DNA from: Harriotta raleighana
Lineage: Eukaryota
NCBI GenBank assembly: GCA_050575255.1
Contig: JBNZDD010013610.1
Span: 976,366-1,040,365, forward strand
Reading direction: 5' to 3'
Length of the DNA stretch: 64,000 nt
A program made the translations under genes and the position numbers. Within the stretch, counting starts at the first letter, position 1. Each line of letters starts with the position of its first letter. This document shows positions 1-13,818 of the stretch, in pieces. A model generated the notes under the pieces. The model was not told the origin of the DNA. It did no database searches and saw only the letters and a list, made by a program, of their open reading frames with translations.

Positions 1-782
1 AAGTTCAGCAGCCTGGCCTCAAGCCGTTCCAATTGGTATCTGTCCAGAAATTGCCCTGAACTTCTGCCGTCCTGCCCTAACCCTGCGTTTACTTTTGTAT
101 CCCTAACTGAGTTGCTTCTTTCTGAGGCCGAAGCTTACCCAATCTTTTCCAGGAGCTCACACCCTCTTGATGTAGGATAATCCTTGTTTCTCTGCATTGT
201 CCTGCCTCTAGGCTACCTGTCTCTGCCCAACCCACTGAAACAACAGCCAGTAAACAAGAGGTATGACTGAACAAACTGAGGCCAACTATACTTAGGGATT
301 TTTTGCGATATGCGATAACTAATTACCACATTGCATACTACCAATTTCGATCATCACAAGTTTGTTGCAAGTATTTTGGTGAACTTTATTTTACACTTTT
401 AATTTTGCTTGTTCTGCTCCAACTATGGACAAGGCAACACAACCTTGAAATCTTCCTTTCCATTTGAAATCTGCACCTTGGGACATCCTCCCAATGTGAA
501 AGGCACTCTATAAATGTGTTGTTGCTGCTGCACAGTGAAGCACCAATGCTCATCACAATCAAGCAATCCTGGGGGGATAAAAACAAAGGAGCAGCAAAAT
601 CTCTTGGCCTATATTAAAGCATGTGAAACAATTATACAGCACAGCGCTCCATGTAAATCTGAATCCAATCCACCCTCCATATAATTCACCTGGTTGGATG
701 AAACACAGCATCCATGTGTTTCCATAGAGCTACGAAGTGCCATGTGCAGTTAAAATACGAAACACATTTCTATCACATCCGT

Positions 783-890
783 CCAGTTCTGACGAAGAGT
801 CGTGGACCCAAAATGTTGACTCACTTTCCTCTCTCCATGGATGCTGTCTGACCTGCTGAGTTTCCCCAGCAACTTCTGTTTTGGTTTTTA
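783..890 (+). mobile_element. Penelope-like terminal fragment with degenerate hammerhead core
   Basis: AGTT-CTGACGA-stem-AAAA-TGTT-GACT followed by ...GATGCTGTCTGACCTGCTGAGTTTCCCCAGCAACTTCTGTT; reverse-complement homolog of 34080-34190. Confidence 0.6.
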
Positions 891-1894
891 ATCACATGTT
901 GCATAACCAAAGCTTTAAAGTTCCACCCATTTCTTCCTAAGCACGCTTTTCCCATGCGCTTCTCTGTTGTATATAACCATTCTCGCCCCATTTTTGTTCA
1001 ATTGCACAACATATTTTTCCCATCCATTGGATCCCGGTATCCCTAACTACAATACACTCAAGCAAAACCTTCAATCCATTGTGTGATTTCCAGCAAAGGA
1101 ACCTTGAACTGGTTTGGTACAATAATGGAAGCAGTCGCTATGGTGATAAGCTACACTAACATACCTGACATATGGCTAAGATAGTGTGCATAGAATCATA
1201 CCAGTGTCTATTGCTACATGGCCATGGATTTTATTGACATTGCATATAGACAATGTGAAATTAATGAAAGTGAATCTGTTTCAATATTTAACAGCGAGGG
1301 GGCATTGACAAACAGAAGAAAAATAAAGAGAGAAGAGAGGAGGAAAAAGGCTAAATATTACAGGCTATTCAAAAGCAAATATTTTTGCAGGGCACTAAAT
1401 TTATTGCGGCTGATGTTATTAGCAATCCCAGGATAAAGCAATAATGTTCCGTCATTGACAGACCACANTGCTTTTTGTCGCATGAGTTTTTCAATTTCCA
1501 ACTCACCAGATTGCAGCCTTGGTCTGACAAGGCTGTGGGCTACTTAATCCTTTCAGGAAAGAACAACTTTCATGAGTGTTACATTCATCATCGCATCATG
1601 GTTATAAGTTGCTAATGCAGCATTGAAGACACTAAAGATCAAGCGATATAACACATCAACAACACTGACGAACAATTTTACAACACCTTTCAGGCATGGT
1701 AATTTCTCATAGTGCTTTAAAGACAGTTGGAGTAATGGGAGGGATTTAGGGAGGAATTTCTGGAGTATGGCACTAAGTGGCTGAGGCTTTTTATAGTGGG
1801 GTGATGTGATGTTTTGTGGCCTGCCAGCAGCAAAGGTGAACAGGGATCAAATCCAGGCCGGTCACAGCATTTAATCCCACTGGGGACATCCACA

Positions 1895-1983
1895 CGATAA
1901 AACCAAACCAATTCCAGTACACAAGTGAAAGATATTTACTCACTGTTTATTTTTTCTGGAATTATTTCACATCTCTTTGTACA
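1895..1983 (-). terminator. Polyadenylation site
   Basis: AATAAA at 1951-1946, upstream TGTA at about 1983-1980, CA about 20 nt downstream, then GU/U-rich TTGGTTTGGTTTT. Confidence 0.7.
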
Positions 1984-3654
1984 ACAGCTACAGAACAGTA
2001 GTAAAACCATCTGATAAAAGCAACAGTGCTGATGATAAACATTGGCTGCATTTTATTCCCCCCCTCCCCTATCCCTCGCCCTCCCCTCCCCCCGCCGCAA
2101 TTATCGCCCATGACTGCATTAAAATGCAGTTTGATATTCAATGCAGAACTCTGGCACACTAACCTGATTAAGACTTAACCAATTAAAAAAAACAGAAGGG
2201 AAAAGTGATGAAAGCTACTCTGCGACAAGATATAAAACAGAAAACAAAACATTCTTGGCTTCCAATCCTGGTTAAGTTACATACCAAAAAAATACGCATC
2301 ACAATTTTTAAAAAAAGTTTCCCCCCCACCTCCCTCCTTTTGAGGCAACCATCCTACAAAAAAAAATGACGAGTCGAACTTTGCTCCTAATACAACAGAA
2401 AGCTCAAATGATGCTGAGATGACACAACGAGGGGTTGGCAGGTAGCAGGGGAGGAAAACAAATAATCAAGGCTTCATGAATCACTAATTGTGGTTGCTAT
2501 TGGTGGACGAATAAAGGGGAACTAACCGATTTTCATTTTTAATTTGACCCTTTCATTTCTCTACCAGAATCATGCAAAACCATGCATGCATGTCACTATG
2601 CACAAATCTTGGGTGAAGTGGGAGTGGGGGGGTGGGAAGGGGAAGGTAAAGAGGAGGAAGGGAGAGGAATGGATTTAAATAGGACAAAAAACATTTAAGA
2701 AAAAAAAACAAGGAATTATTATATAAAGAGTTTTTTTTTAAATCTTAAAACCGTTGTGTGCAGTTCTCTTCAGTGGGATCTCGCCACCGCTTCCGAGCAG
2801 AAAATAAAGGGTTCAGTAAATTGGTCTTTTCAAAAAGAAATGTCTTGCGTTTCGTTTGAAGTCTCAATTTTTGCAAGTTTTTTTAAAAACTCATCAAAGG
2901 CCTGCAAAAACCGCTCTTACCAAGTTTTTCTTGTATTTCCAAATCGGGCAAAAGTCACTTGATCCAAGAGGACAGACGACAGCAGTTGTAAAGGCAAATT
3001 AAAATCCACTTACAAGAGTGCTTTCAGGCTACAAGACAGCCAAAAAAAAACTTAACTACTTTATACAGTACTATACGTGAAAAAAACAACATCAAATAAA
3101 AGAATTGCAATCCATAAATAAGAATCAGGTCCCAGACCTGCTGTGTGAACAATTTCTTAAATATGTGTGTTATGTATACCTTATGTACAAAAAAAAGATA
3201 AATCATGTTGCATTTCATTGCAAGGATTCAAGACAGCAAAGGTAATGTTATCCATCAAAAAGAGTCGATTCCTTCAGCCAGAGATAAAAGTGGGATCTTC
3301 CAAATCGTTTTTTTGACATTGGTCCGTTCAAGTTGACGAAGTAAACGAGAGAGAGAGAAAGATATTCTGTTTTACACACGGCATGAACACAAAGGCGATT
3401 AAATGACCAAAAGAGGTCCCACTGGCTGCCAGCTTGCTGCTTGCTACGCAAGGCTCATCTTCTGAAATTAAAAAGCGTTAAGAATGAAGCAGGTTCCTCG
3501 TGAGCCCGACACACTACAAGCCTCTGTCGAAAGGGTACTGAGCTGGCAACCTCAGCGCTCCCTTGGCCCAAGGTAAAAATGCTGGAAAAAAGATCTTTTC
3601 TTCTTCCGCAAAAATAAGGTCGATTTCTCGCTGACTTTCCCTGGAGCCGCAATT
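1925..3654 (-). other. CMIP: CMIP 3'UTR (about 1.7 kb, end inferred)
   Basis: U-rich sequence free of recognisable interspersed repeats between the stop codon and the poly(A) signal. Confidence 0.65.
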
Positions 3655-3708
3655 TCACCAGGCCTCTGTGTAACGGACATCCACTTCTTTAAGGTTTGGC
3701 AGCTTCGC
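3655..3708 (-). CDS. CMIP: CMIP exon 21, terminal coding part (AKLPNLKEVDVRYTEAW*)
   Basis: ctgtag acceptor; TGA at 3657-3655. Confidence 0.96.
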   Translation of the reverse strand, partial: AKLPNLKEVDVRYTEAW

Positions 3709-4233
3709 CTACAGAACATTGGTGGAAGGCAAACTAATTAGTTTCTAATCCAACTTCATGGAACATCTCTTGTTTTGACCACAGCACCACAATCTAAAGG
3801 AGACTTGGCTACACTGATGCAAATCCCATGGGTACTTATCACAGATGATGATGCTGGGACTGGAATTGATGGCTTCCTTGAGCACTGAACATCTTTGAGG
3901 GTCTGTGTCATTGGGATGTTTTCCTGATGTGAAAGGCACTGTAAATTGGGTTGTAATTGTATTCTGGTTTGTCAATCCTAATATGGACTTCTACTGGGAA
4001 ATCTATTCTTGTGTTAAGGAGTTGGAACCCTATGTTACAGGATTTTAAATCGATTTCCTAATTTTTCATCAATCTGTTCTTACTGTGGGGGGTTTAACAT
4101 AACTACTCTTCCTGATGCTTACATTTTAAGACATAATAATGATACTCAGTGGAGTTTCGGGTGTCACATGTTAATCCTAACGCTTTATGTTCTTCCTCAA
4201 GTACAATTTTTGCCATTTTTGTGCCATAATTTA

Positions 4234-4347
<114 letters not shown>

Positions 4348-4810
4348 TTATTTAAACATTTACAGCTGGAAAACACAAATGCAGTGATACAGTGTTAAAA
4401 CAGTGGAACCCCCAAATGTCTGACTTCCAGCCCATCAGGTCAGTGCTCTCACTTCTTGCATGCAGCAAAAGAAGTGTCGTCAGCTGTAACCCCATGAGTC
4501 TTAAAGGGGGGGTGGGGGGGTGAAAATGCAATATTTCACAACAGATTAGATCGTTCATTATGTGTAGCTTTAATTACTACTTGTCTTCTGGGCTCAAGTA
4601 TGAACCCTCCCACTTTAAGTCACCTTTCGACTTTCGGATGCTCAAATACACGGCGCTCCGCAATCAGGTTCCTGGGAAGCTTTGGGAATCTCAGAAGCTG
4701 ATTGGGAAAGTTGTCCTAATAAAGCTATAGCAGGACAAAAAGGGGAACAGGTTCAAAGGTGTGAATTTCAGGAGACACCAGGACAATGTTCTTTATCAGA
4801 AGGGTAATTA

Positions 4811-5185
<375 letters not shown>

Positions 5186-6537
5186 TCAGGCTGCTATTTA
5201 CGTTTGCTTTTTATTTCTAATTTGTTTTTCCTTCGACCCACCTATTTCTTAGAAGCGTATCTCGATTAACAAGAGTTAGTTAACTGAGTCAGTTAATGGA
5301 GGAATCCTTTTAATTCTTGCAAGTGAAACAAGAGAAATTTATTTCCTCTGGAAAGATGTTCATTGAAAGTGCAACTCAGTCAATGTTTGTCATATTAGAC
5401 TAGCTCATCTAGCTCAACATGTGAAATGGGTCATTCTGTCCCCGACTGAGGTCAGCAAACTCAGCAGGGACTGCAGTTCAAATCAGCAAGTTCCAGGTCT
5501 GTAAGTTGCATCTTTATCGCATTACACCCTAGGAATTGCCTTTAATTTCTGTCTGAATTTGAAAGTTGGTTTCTTTTTGACATCCTCCTGACGTGAAAGG
5601 CGCTCTCTAAAAATGTAATTTTGTTGTTGTTTTTATGAACTGCAGAGAAACAGCTTCCACATTAAGGTTGAATTAAACAATTTTCCTTCACAATTTAACA
5701 ATTCACTGTGTGCAATTGACTCCGACACTTTGTCCACAAAATATAGTCAATTGACTTCACAGTTTATTGCGTGATGCACAACAGATGTCGCAATGATGTG
5801 TCAAGGTGTTACATTAAATTCAAGGGTTATTGTTTTATGTATATTAATTTTCCGCAATTCTGGAATTTCAATCATGGAATTTCAAGACCTAATGGAAAGG
5901 CGCTGTATAAATGTAAATTTGGTTTGAATTTGAAATAGTGCCTCATTGCGTCCATTGGCTGTGTATTTTGTGGGTGAAACGTGGCAGCCAATTGTGCACT
6001 GCGGTGGATTTCCAGGCCTCTTTGTATCCATGCCAGTAAATCATGAACAAAGTGATGTCAAAAAAGATGTTTCACGTCAATCTATTCCATCGTTACTCAT
6101 GTGGCTGGTCGCTCAACCTCTGTGTTTCTCTGACCGATAGTGCTACAGCAGAATAAGTCTTTGTGTGTTTGCGTGTGCGTCACAAATCATTCAGTATCAC
6201 CAGTTGTGACACTGTGAGTTGCATTATGAACAGGAAGTGGGCAGCTGACTTGTTCCAATGACCCCCTTTGTAACCACTATGTAAGGAACTAGAAGTAAGG
6301 GTTCATTTTAGTAGACTCCTCACGGTCCCCACCCTCCAGCCTTCCTTCAGTCCCTGCCACTTCCTCTATGTAGATAGCAGGTTGAGATCCGACCCATAGG
6401 TCTTTACCACAAGTAAACTTCCCAGTGGATACAGTTGTTTTTGATATGAATTGCATTGGCGAGGGGGGGTCGCGAAAAATTAATTGTTGCCCAGTTCCTT
6501 TTTTGCTTAATTCAATTGATCCAGCTTTAGCAGCAGC

Positions 6538-6750
6538 AGCAACAACAACAACTTGCATTTATATAGTGCGCTCCAATGTAGGATAAGATCCCAGAGCGCT
6601 TCACAAAGATGGAGCCAGACGCCGAGCGAGAGAGAAAGGCGAAATAGAACATGACAAGAGGCATGATCCAACTGATGGATTTCAAGGCAGGAACGTAAGA
6701 AGAGAGAAGTGAAGTGATGTGGAGGAGAGTAAGAGGATTCCAGCTTCAAA
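6538..6750 (-). mobile_element. L2-like LINE 3' fragment
   Basis: (TTG)n tail plus GCGCTCTGGGATCTT...GCGCACTATATAAATGCAAG terminal motif on the minus strand. Confidence 0.55.
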
Positions 6751-6766
6751 CCAGACTTAACGATTA

Positions 6767-7003
<237 letters not shown>

Positions 7004-7014
7004 TTATAATTTAA

Positions 7015-7322
7015 CAATAATAATCCTTGCATTTTGATTTAGCGCTTTTCATGTCTTCTAGATGTCTCAACGCGTTTCACAGGAGTACACTGTAAAGTGA
7101 ATTAACTGTAATATTTGTGGACGAAACCTGGCAGCCAACTGCACACAGCAATGTCCTACAAACAGTCGTGGATTGAAAATGACCAATTTATTATAGGTTT
7201 TTGTTGGATGAATTACTATTAGGCATGTGGAGTAAGGAAACTTACTCAAGGTTTCGCCCTGATTCAATTGCCTGGATTCGAATCACAGGTCTTATGCTTG
7301 TAAGGTGAGTGCTGTAACCACT
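7015..7322 (-). mobile_element. tRNA-derived SINE, near full length
   Basis: Homologous along its length to 32601-32910; abuts an L2 tail at 7323-7395. Confidence 0.8.
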
Positions 7323-8965
7323 AACAACAACAACAACAACAAAATTACACTTGTATAGCGCCTTTTATGTCGGGAGGAGATCCCAAAGCGCTGAACGACT
7401 ACAGGACTTCACACCGCTTACACAGAGTTTGCCCACAGGGATCAAAGACATGATGCAGATTTCATGTCAAAGGTTACATTAAATGAATTCCCAACTGTAC
7501 CATAATATATAATCGTCAATTCACTTTAATGATTAACTGAAGCATTTCTAGATACTCTCAGCAGTTTAATTGCTCAGTTGCTAAAGCTGTGGACCAGAAT
7601 AGGGTATGAAGATCCTAGTTCCATCCCTAGACAATGCTGGGATAGCTCACCTCTTCCAGAGGTGCAATGCATTGAATTTGGCTGCAGTGCCCCTGGACTG
7701 CAAGGGAGAGTGCAAGCAGATTGACAGTAGATACCACTTCCGATCACTATCCAACATCCAAACATGTTTGATGACTAATGTGTCGCACTGTTTGGAAATT
7801 TGCCGCCTGCTGCAGAGAATTGGACTTTCCAGTCTGGGAAGTTGCAATTAATGCAAAAAAGAATCCAGTTTGCGAATATTGCAAAATGGGACTCGACAAA
7901 TCAAACGTACCGGGGTAAAATCTGCATCTTTTCATCGCATACGTTCAACTTGATCTCAACAAATGCAAATATACCAACAAATGCACAGTCAATGCACTTG
8001 GTAGATAAGGCTATGAAGTGCTCTGAGACATTCTCGAAATGACAAAGCTCCGTATCAAATACAAGTACTGTACTTTTATTTATAATATTATAATGAAATG
8101 CCCGAGATTTCACGCTCGCATTGTATAATATCTGGACTTAAAGCTCAATGCATGGGGTTTCCCATCCCCACACCATTAACATCTTGAAGGCTAGCTTTGC
8201 AATAAACAGTAGGTATTGCTGGAAGATCAAGTTGAGCAACAATTCACAAAACTTATGGTAATTGCCAGATGAAATTATGGGGTGGTTGACAAGACATTCA
8301 CCATTTGAGACAACAATAGTTTCTGAGAGGAAGTTAAACCTCAGTGACTTTTAGTATTACTGAATCTGAAACTAGTTAGCTGCAGATAACTACCTAGCCT
8401 TGGAACTACTGAAGTGACACATAGAGAACTCTGCTGTTTGTGGGGATGATTTACTGCCCACAAGTTTCAGTGTTGGATGACAATCATTTTCAGGTTAGAA
8501 GATGGTGGAGGTGGAAGAGCTGGTGTTTATGATAAACTTTCAGACTGGAGTTCCGGTCAAGGGGCAAAGGATTAGATTGAATATGTGGAGACTATCAAGT
8601 CATTCAGATTGAGCAAGAAGACATAGGCTAAACGAGACATGGAATGTCTTGTGTTTCTTTCTGAAAACAGAGAAGTGAAACCTGACTCACTCCCAATAAT
8701 CATAACCCTTGCATTTGAGTACAGCGACTTATCACATCATCGAGACGTCTCAAAGTGCTTCACAGGATCTACCATGAAGTGTTGTGACGATGTATTTCGT
8801 AGGCGAACGTGGTAGCCAATTTGCACACAGCAAGTTAGCTAAGGCACCAATTTCCTTCTCTCTCTTTTTAACCAAGAAGCAATAACAGCAGTATAAGGAG
8901 ACTGAAGACTGGAAGCAGAGACAGGCAGGTACTGAAAATTTTCAAGTTAATAATACCCAACTCAC

Positions 8966-9013
8966 CGTGGATTTTGAGGGTAGTGTTAGGCGAGTGGGTC
9001 CACCCTTCCTTTG
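8966..9013 (-). CDS. CMIP: CMIP exon 17 (48 nt; QRKGGPTRLTLPSKST)
   Basis: atgcag acceptor, ACG|gtgagt donor. Confidence 0.95.
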
Positions 9014-9363
9014 CTGCATTAAAGGCGACAAAACATTTGAATTAATTTATTGATTATTTCTCACAAACAAAACTTCCTCTAAGGGCATTGTTACAGATGA
9101 TAATTATCATAACTGAAACACAATTTGTACTTGTCAGTTTTAAATAAATTTTTGTGGCTGTGGCTTCAGGGGAGACTGGGGAATGACAGTTTACAGCAAG
9201 TAATTTCTCTCTCTCACTGTCTCCCTAACAATGCAGGTTACGCTAACTCTTTATTTACCCTGCTCATGAGTCAACTGAGCGAAATGTCTGCTGGGAATTT
9301 GGTGTTTAAGGAAGGAAGTAAATTGAAGAATTCAATGCAAGGCAAGCTCATAGTTTTCCTTCA

Positions 9364-9594
<231 letters not shown>

Positions 9595-10527
9595 CTAGAA
9601 GTGAAAGAGAAGGGAAGGCATCATGTTGTGCGCTAAAAAAAGTAACATCTCATCGACAACTACGGATTAGCAGAGCATCTCCAAACATCTGAGATCCCCC
9701 ACTCATCTAAATCTCGCATAGTTGAGGAATCACCCAATGTTCTTCAAACCCTAATTGGTGAGGCTTCTCCCCCACCCAGCATTGACACCCGCGGACTCTT
9801 ATACTACAGCCTTTAAAGGCTTACCAATAACTATATCTTTTTAAGTTTGGTTTCTTTTCTGGTGTTGGAAGAGCGAGGCATGTGACCAGGAACTTAAGTG
9901 ATTCATTCCCTGTGAAGCACTGGAGAGAATGGTCAGCACCATATACCAACGTAGAACTACATCACAATAACCTCCAAACCCCTTCCTTCCACATCATTCA
10001 CAGTTACCAGCAGCCGTAAACTGAGCGACAAAATGCAAAAAAAAAACCTTGATTCAAGCTTAACTTCCCTCGCAGACTTTACAAAGGAGGTGATCCTACA
10101 TGATTACACTAAGAGTAACCACTAATGTGTGGCTGGATTGAACATGACATGGTTAGGAATTTCCAGTGATAATTCAATTTGAACATAAACAAGGAGGTCT
10201 TTAGTTGTGTTTAAGATTTGATTACCATTAAGCAGATAAATGTATTGGGGTTTTTTTTCTCCCCAAACTTGTTTGTGGTGCAGGGTGCAACAGCAAATCC
10301 TTTCGTGCTGAGATTCAATGCACAGCTTTTACAAATCTCGACACAGAATTACCCATAGAATTACCGCATCAAAGGTTGATCCCATACTGTCCTGTCTCCT
10401 GTCAGAAAAGTTTGCAAGACTTCTAATTAAAAATAATGAATAGTTTGGGAAATAAAATATTTTCATTTTCTCCCTCTGCAATTACTGACAATAAAACAGG
10501 TACCAGTTCTGTTAATACATTAAACTA

Positions 10528-10821
<294 letters not shown>

Positions 10822-12060
10822 TTACTGCTCTTTTGATGACAAAAGGGTTCCCCAGCCCCGGGGAACAAAGGAGAAAAAAAAGGCACACACACTATTTAAA
10901 ACAGTGTAAGAAAACAAACGCTCAAGGAAATGAAAGCATTTTAATCGAGTAAAGTTCTGCCCTTCTGCTCCTCTCCAATAAGACACCCACGTACACCCAA
11001 CAGCTAAAGCTGAACAGTGCAGAGTATTCAAAGGGGGTTGATGGGGTTCTTCCTAGTGGGGGGTGTGTGGGGTTGAGACACAGATGATATTATCTGGCTA
11101 CGTTTCTCACCTGCCCCTATACTGACCTCCTCCCGGAGCCCAACAAAGATGCCTGTGCAAGTTCTCTGGGTCTTTCCTGCTGATGATGGTTTACAGCTTT
11201 CGAGTGGTTCAACTAAAGTTCAGGCGTGAGTGACAAGAGAGTGGAGAGTGGAGAGCTAGAGCAGGGCGAGCGAGGACATAAACAGTGCCTCTATTTATCC
11301 TCGCAGCACGGTTCCCTCCAGCTCTTGTTTACACAATACATTTGCATTAGTTTAATGTGGATTTCCACCTGATGTGCTCCAAGGAGCAAAGTACACGCAC
11401 TGCAGAGGGATACACATTATCTCAAGATATCTCTCTGAAATCTGTATCAGGCTGGTATTATAGCTACGTTGTCAGCACGTGTGAATCAAGTAAATTGACA
11501 CCTCTTGATACCTAAACTGACTGACAGTGGTGTTTCTTATAAATCCCTGTGAGATAGTTGTTGAACTTCAGATGTTGTGACCCAAACTCAATGTGATCTG
11601 TGTGGAGATTAGGCTGCTCAGTGGGCTGCTTCTGAAACTGATTTAAACACAGCTTCACTCCCATACTCCAGGGTCAATCTCCAGTCACAGCATCTTGAAG
11701 GAAAGGGGGGAGGGTGTGGGGGGGATACCTTGGTGGGAGGCAAGGAGAAAGCGCTGCTGTCTGAACTTGGTGCCTGGCTCTGCTCTGAACATCATTAAAC
11801 TACCATTTCTGCTCAGCACAGGGGTAACTAGAGGCAACAGGAATCCTTTGAAACAAAGCTTTCAGCTCTGTTTCTTTTTTTCCCTTCCGACAGGTAAAAT
11901 GCAAGCTCTGGTTATCACAGCTTAGAACATTCGGGAGTGATTTTACCGCATACCAAAAGAAAACAAACGAAAGCTACACAAAGGGGGATTTGAACCTAGT
12001 TTAAAGCAATGGAAGTAATGACCGACCGGTGTTTATTTGGAACAGAAACAGAAAGTATTA

Positions 12061-12195
<135 letters not shown>

Positions 12196-12954
12196 TCAGG
12201 ATTCAGTTATTCAACATCAGTTTCTGAGCTGACAAGCTGTGTTAGCATGGCCACAAGAATCCGTGTCAATCCAATACAGGTTGATGTTGCCAAAACCATT
12301 TGCTTTTCCAACTTCAGATTAAACTCTGCGTTTTTGCTAATAGTTTGTTTGTGGCTGGCCTCTTGGGCAGACGGAAATCTGGGGCTTCCACAGCAAATGA
12401 ACGACTGTATCAAATTGCAAATTACTTATTTTCACAAACATTGAAAAGGGCAAAATAATGAAGAGATTGAACGAGGGTGTGATGAACTCGCGATATTCTT
12501 TCCATTAAGCCCCCGTTCTAGGGCAAATGTTAAATGTTTCTGAGCTGAGGTGAGATCTCAAGACAGCTATTCATTTTTAACATCTAGCTCTCTATCAAAG
12601 GCTCGTCTTCAGGGTCACTCTGTCAGGATGCAAGGCTGACTGTCAAAGATGATTTGTAACTGTGGCAATGTCAGAGTTTTATCCAACAGCATGTATTAAA
12701 CATTTTCTGAACTTGTTTCCCCCCCTCCCCCCACCATCGACACTTCCACAGTGTCCAATAAATGGATCTCAGAAAAAGAACGTTTTACATATGTCCCGAT
12801 TCGATTAACCGGAAGTTAGCCAAATTATGAATTACAACAGAGATGGTAATAGAAAATTAACTAAGGGGGAGGAATTCGTAGTTCCATGTTTAAAAAATAC
12901 TTTGATTATCATTTGATTTCATATTTGAATGGTGAATTTTGTGATCTCACTCAC

Positions 12955-13003
12955 CTCTTGTCTTGGGTCTTCTGCAAATCTCTGTATGACATACTTCAAT
13001 TCC
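12955..13003 (-). CDS. CMIP: CMIP exon 13 (49 nt; ELKYVIQRFAEDPRQE)
   Basis: tctcag acceptor, GAG|gtgagt donor. Confidence 0.95.
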
Positions 13004-13491
13004 CTGAGAAAGAAGTACAAATACATTAGGACTCCATTCATTTCTGTGTCCTCAAATTGTACATGTGCACATCGAAGGGCAGAATAATGTAACTAAGATT
13101 TGTCAGATAGTGGGAACCCTGTTAAAGGGAATGTTTCAGGAGGCTGCAGTGTCCCAGCTTGGTAAAGCAAGTATCAAATACAAGAGAGGAATTGGACAAA
13201 CTTAAATATAATTAGAAAAATAAAGAACGTTCATATTGACATATGGGATTTCCATTAGGAAATGGAACATTTCATATCAACAAATTTGTTATCTTGGAGA
13301 TGGCAGAATATAGTTTCAAAAATGTGTCCTTGGCACAATTTACGTCACAGAATTGCACATAGCAAAAGGAAATTAAAAAGAAATGCATAGCTATCAAGTT
13401 GGTATCCATGCTGCGAACCCATGAATTATCAAGCTTCCCAAATAAAAGTTACAAGAAAGCTCTTTTAGATGTTTTGAGAAACGTCACTTAC

Positions 13492-13518
13492 TTTGTGAAC
13501 TTCACATGTGCGAGTGCC
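13492..13518 (-). CDS. CMIP: CMIP exon 12, 27-nt micro-exon (ALAHVKFT-K)
   Basis: caatag acceptor, CAA|gtaagt donor, phase 2/2; fills the gap between exons 11 and 13. Confidence 0.93.
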
Positions 13519-13818
13519 CTATTGGAAAGAAATAATCAAATGTGATTATTCATAAAGTAACAATGTCACATCTCTCTCTGGTTTTGTTACATTTCAAACT
13601 GTTGGTGTGAAACTTGCGGTATTTCATGACAAGAGTCCATGCGAGAGCAATAAGGAGCGATGGAATAGAAACAACATCACACACTAGCTGGGCTGAATAT
13701 TTCATTTCCGTGCCATATTAACTCTGTGCATCTATAACCATAACGACAATTTCACCCCCAAAATACAGCATTTAAACAGAACAATATAAACTGTAGTTAG
13801 ACAATGCATTGGAAACTA

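Noticed and set aside
5395-5505. Possible LF-SINE-like ancient fragments (also about 22480-22560, 28790-28945, 45410-45540)
   Set aside because: Resemblance is only impressionistic and too decayed to call without a profile search.
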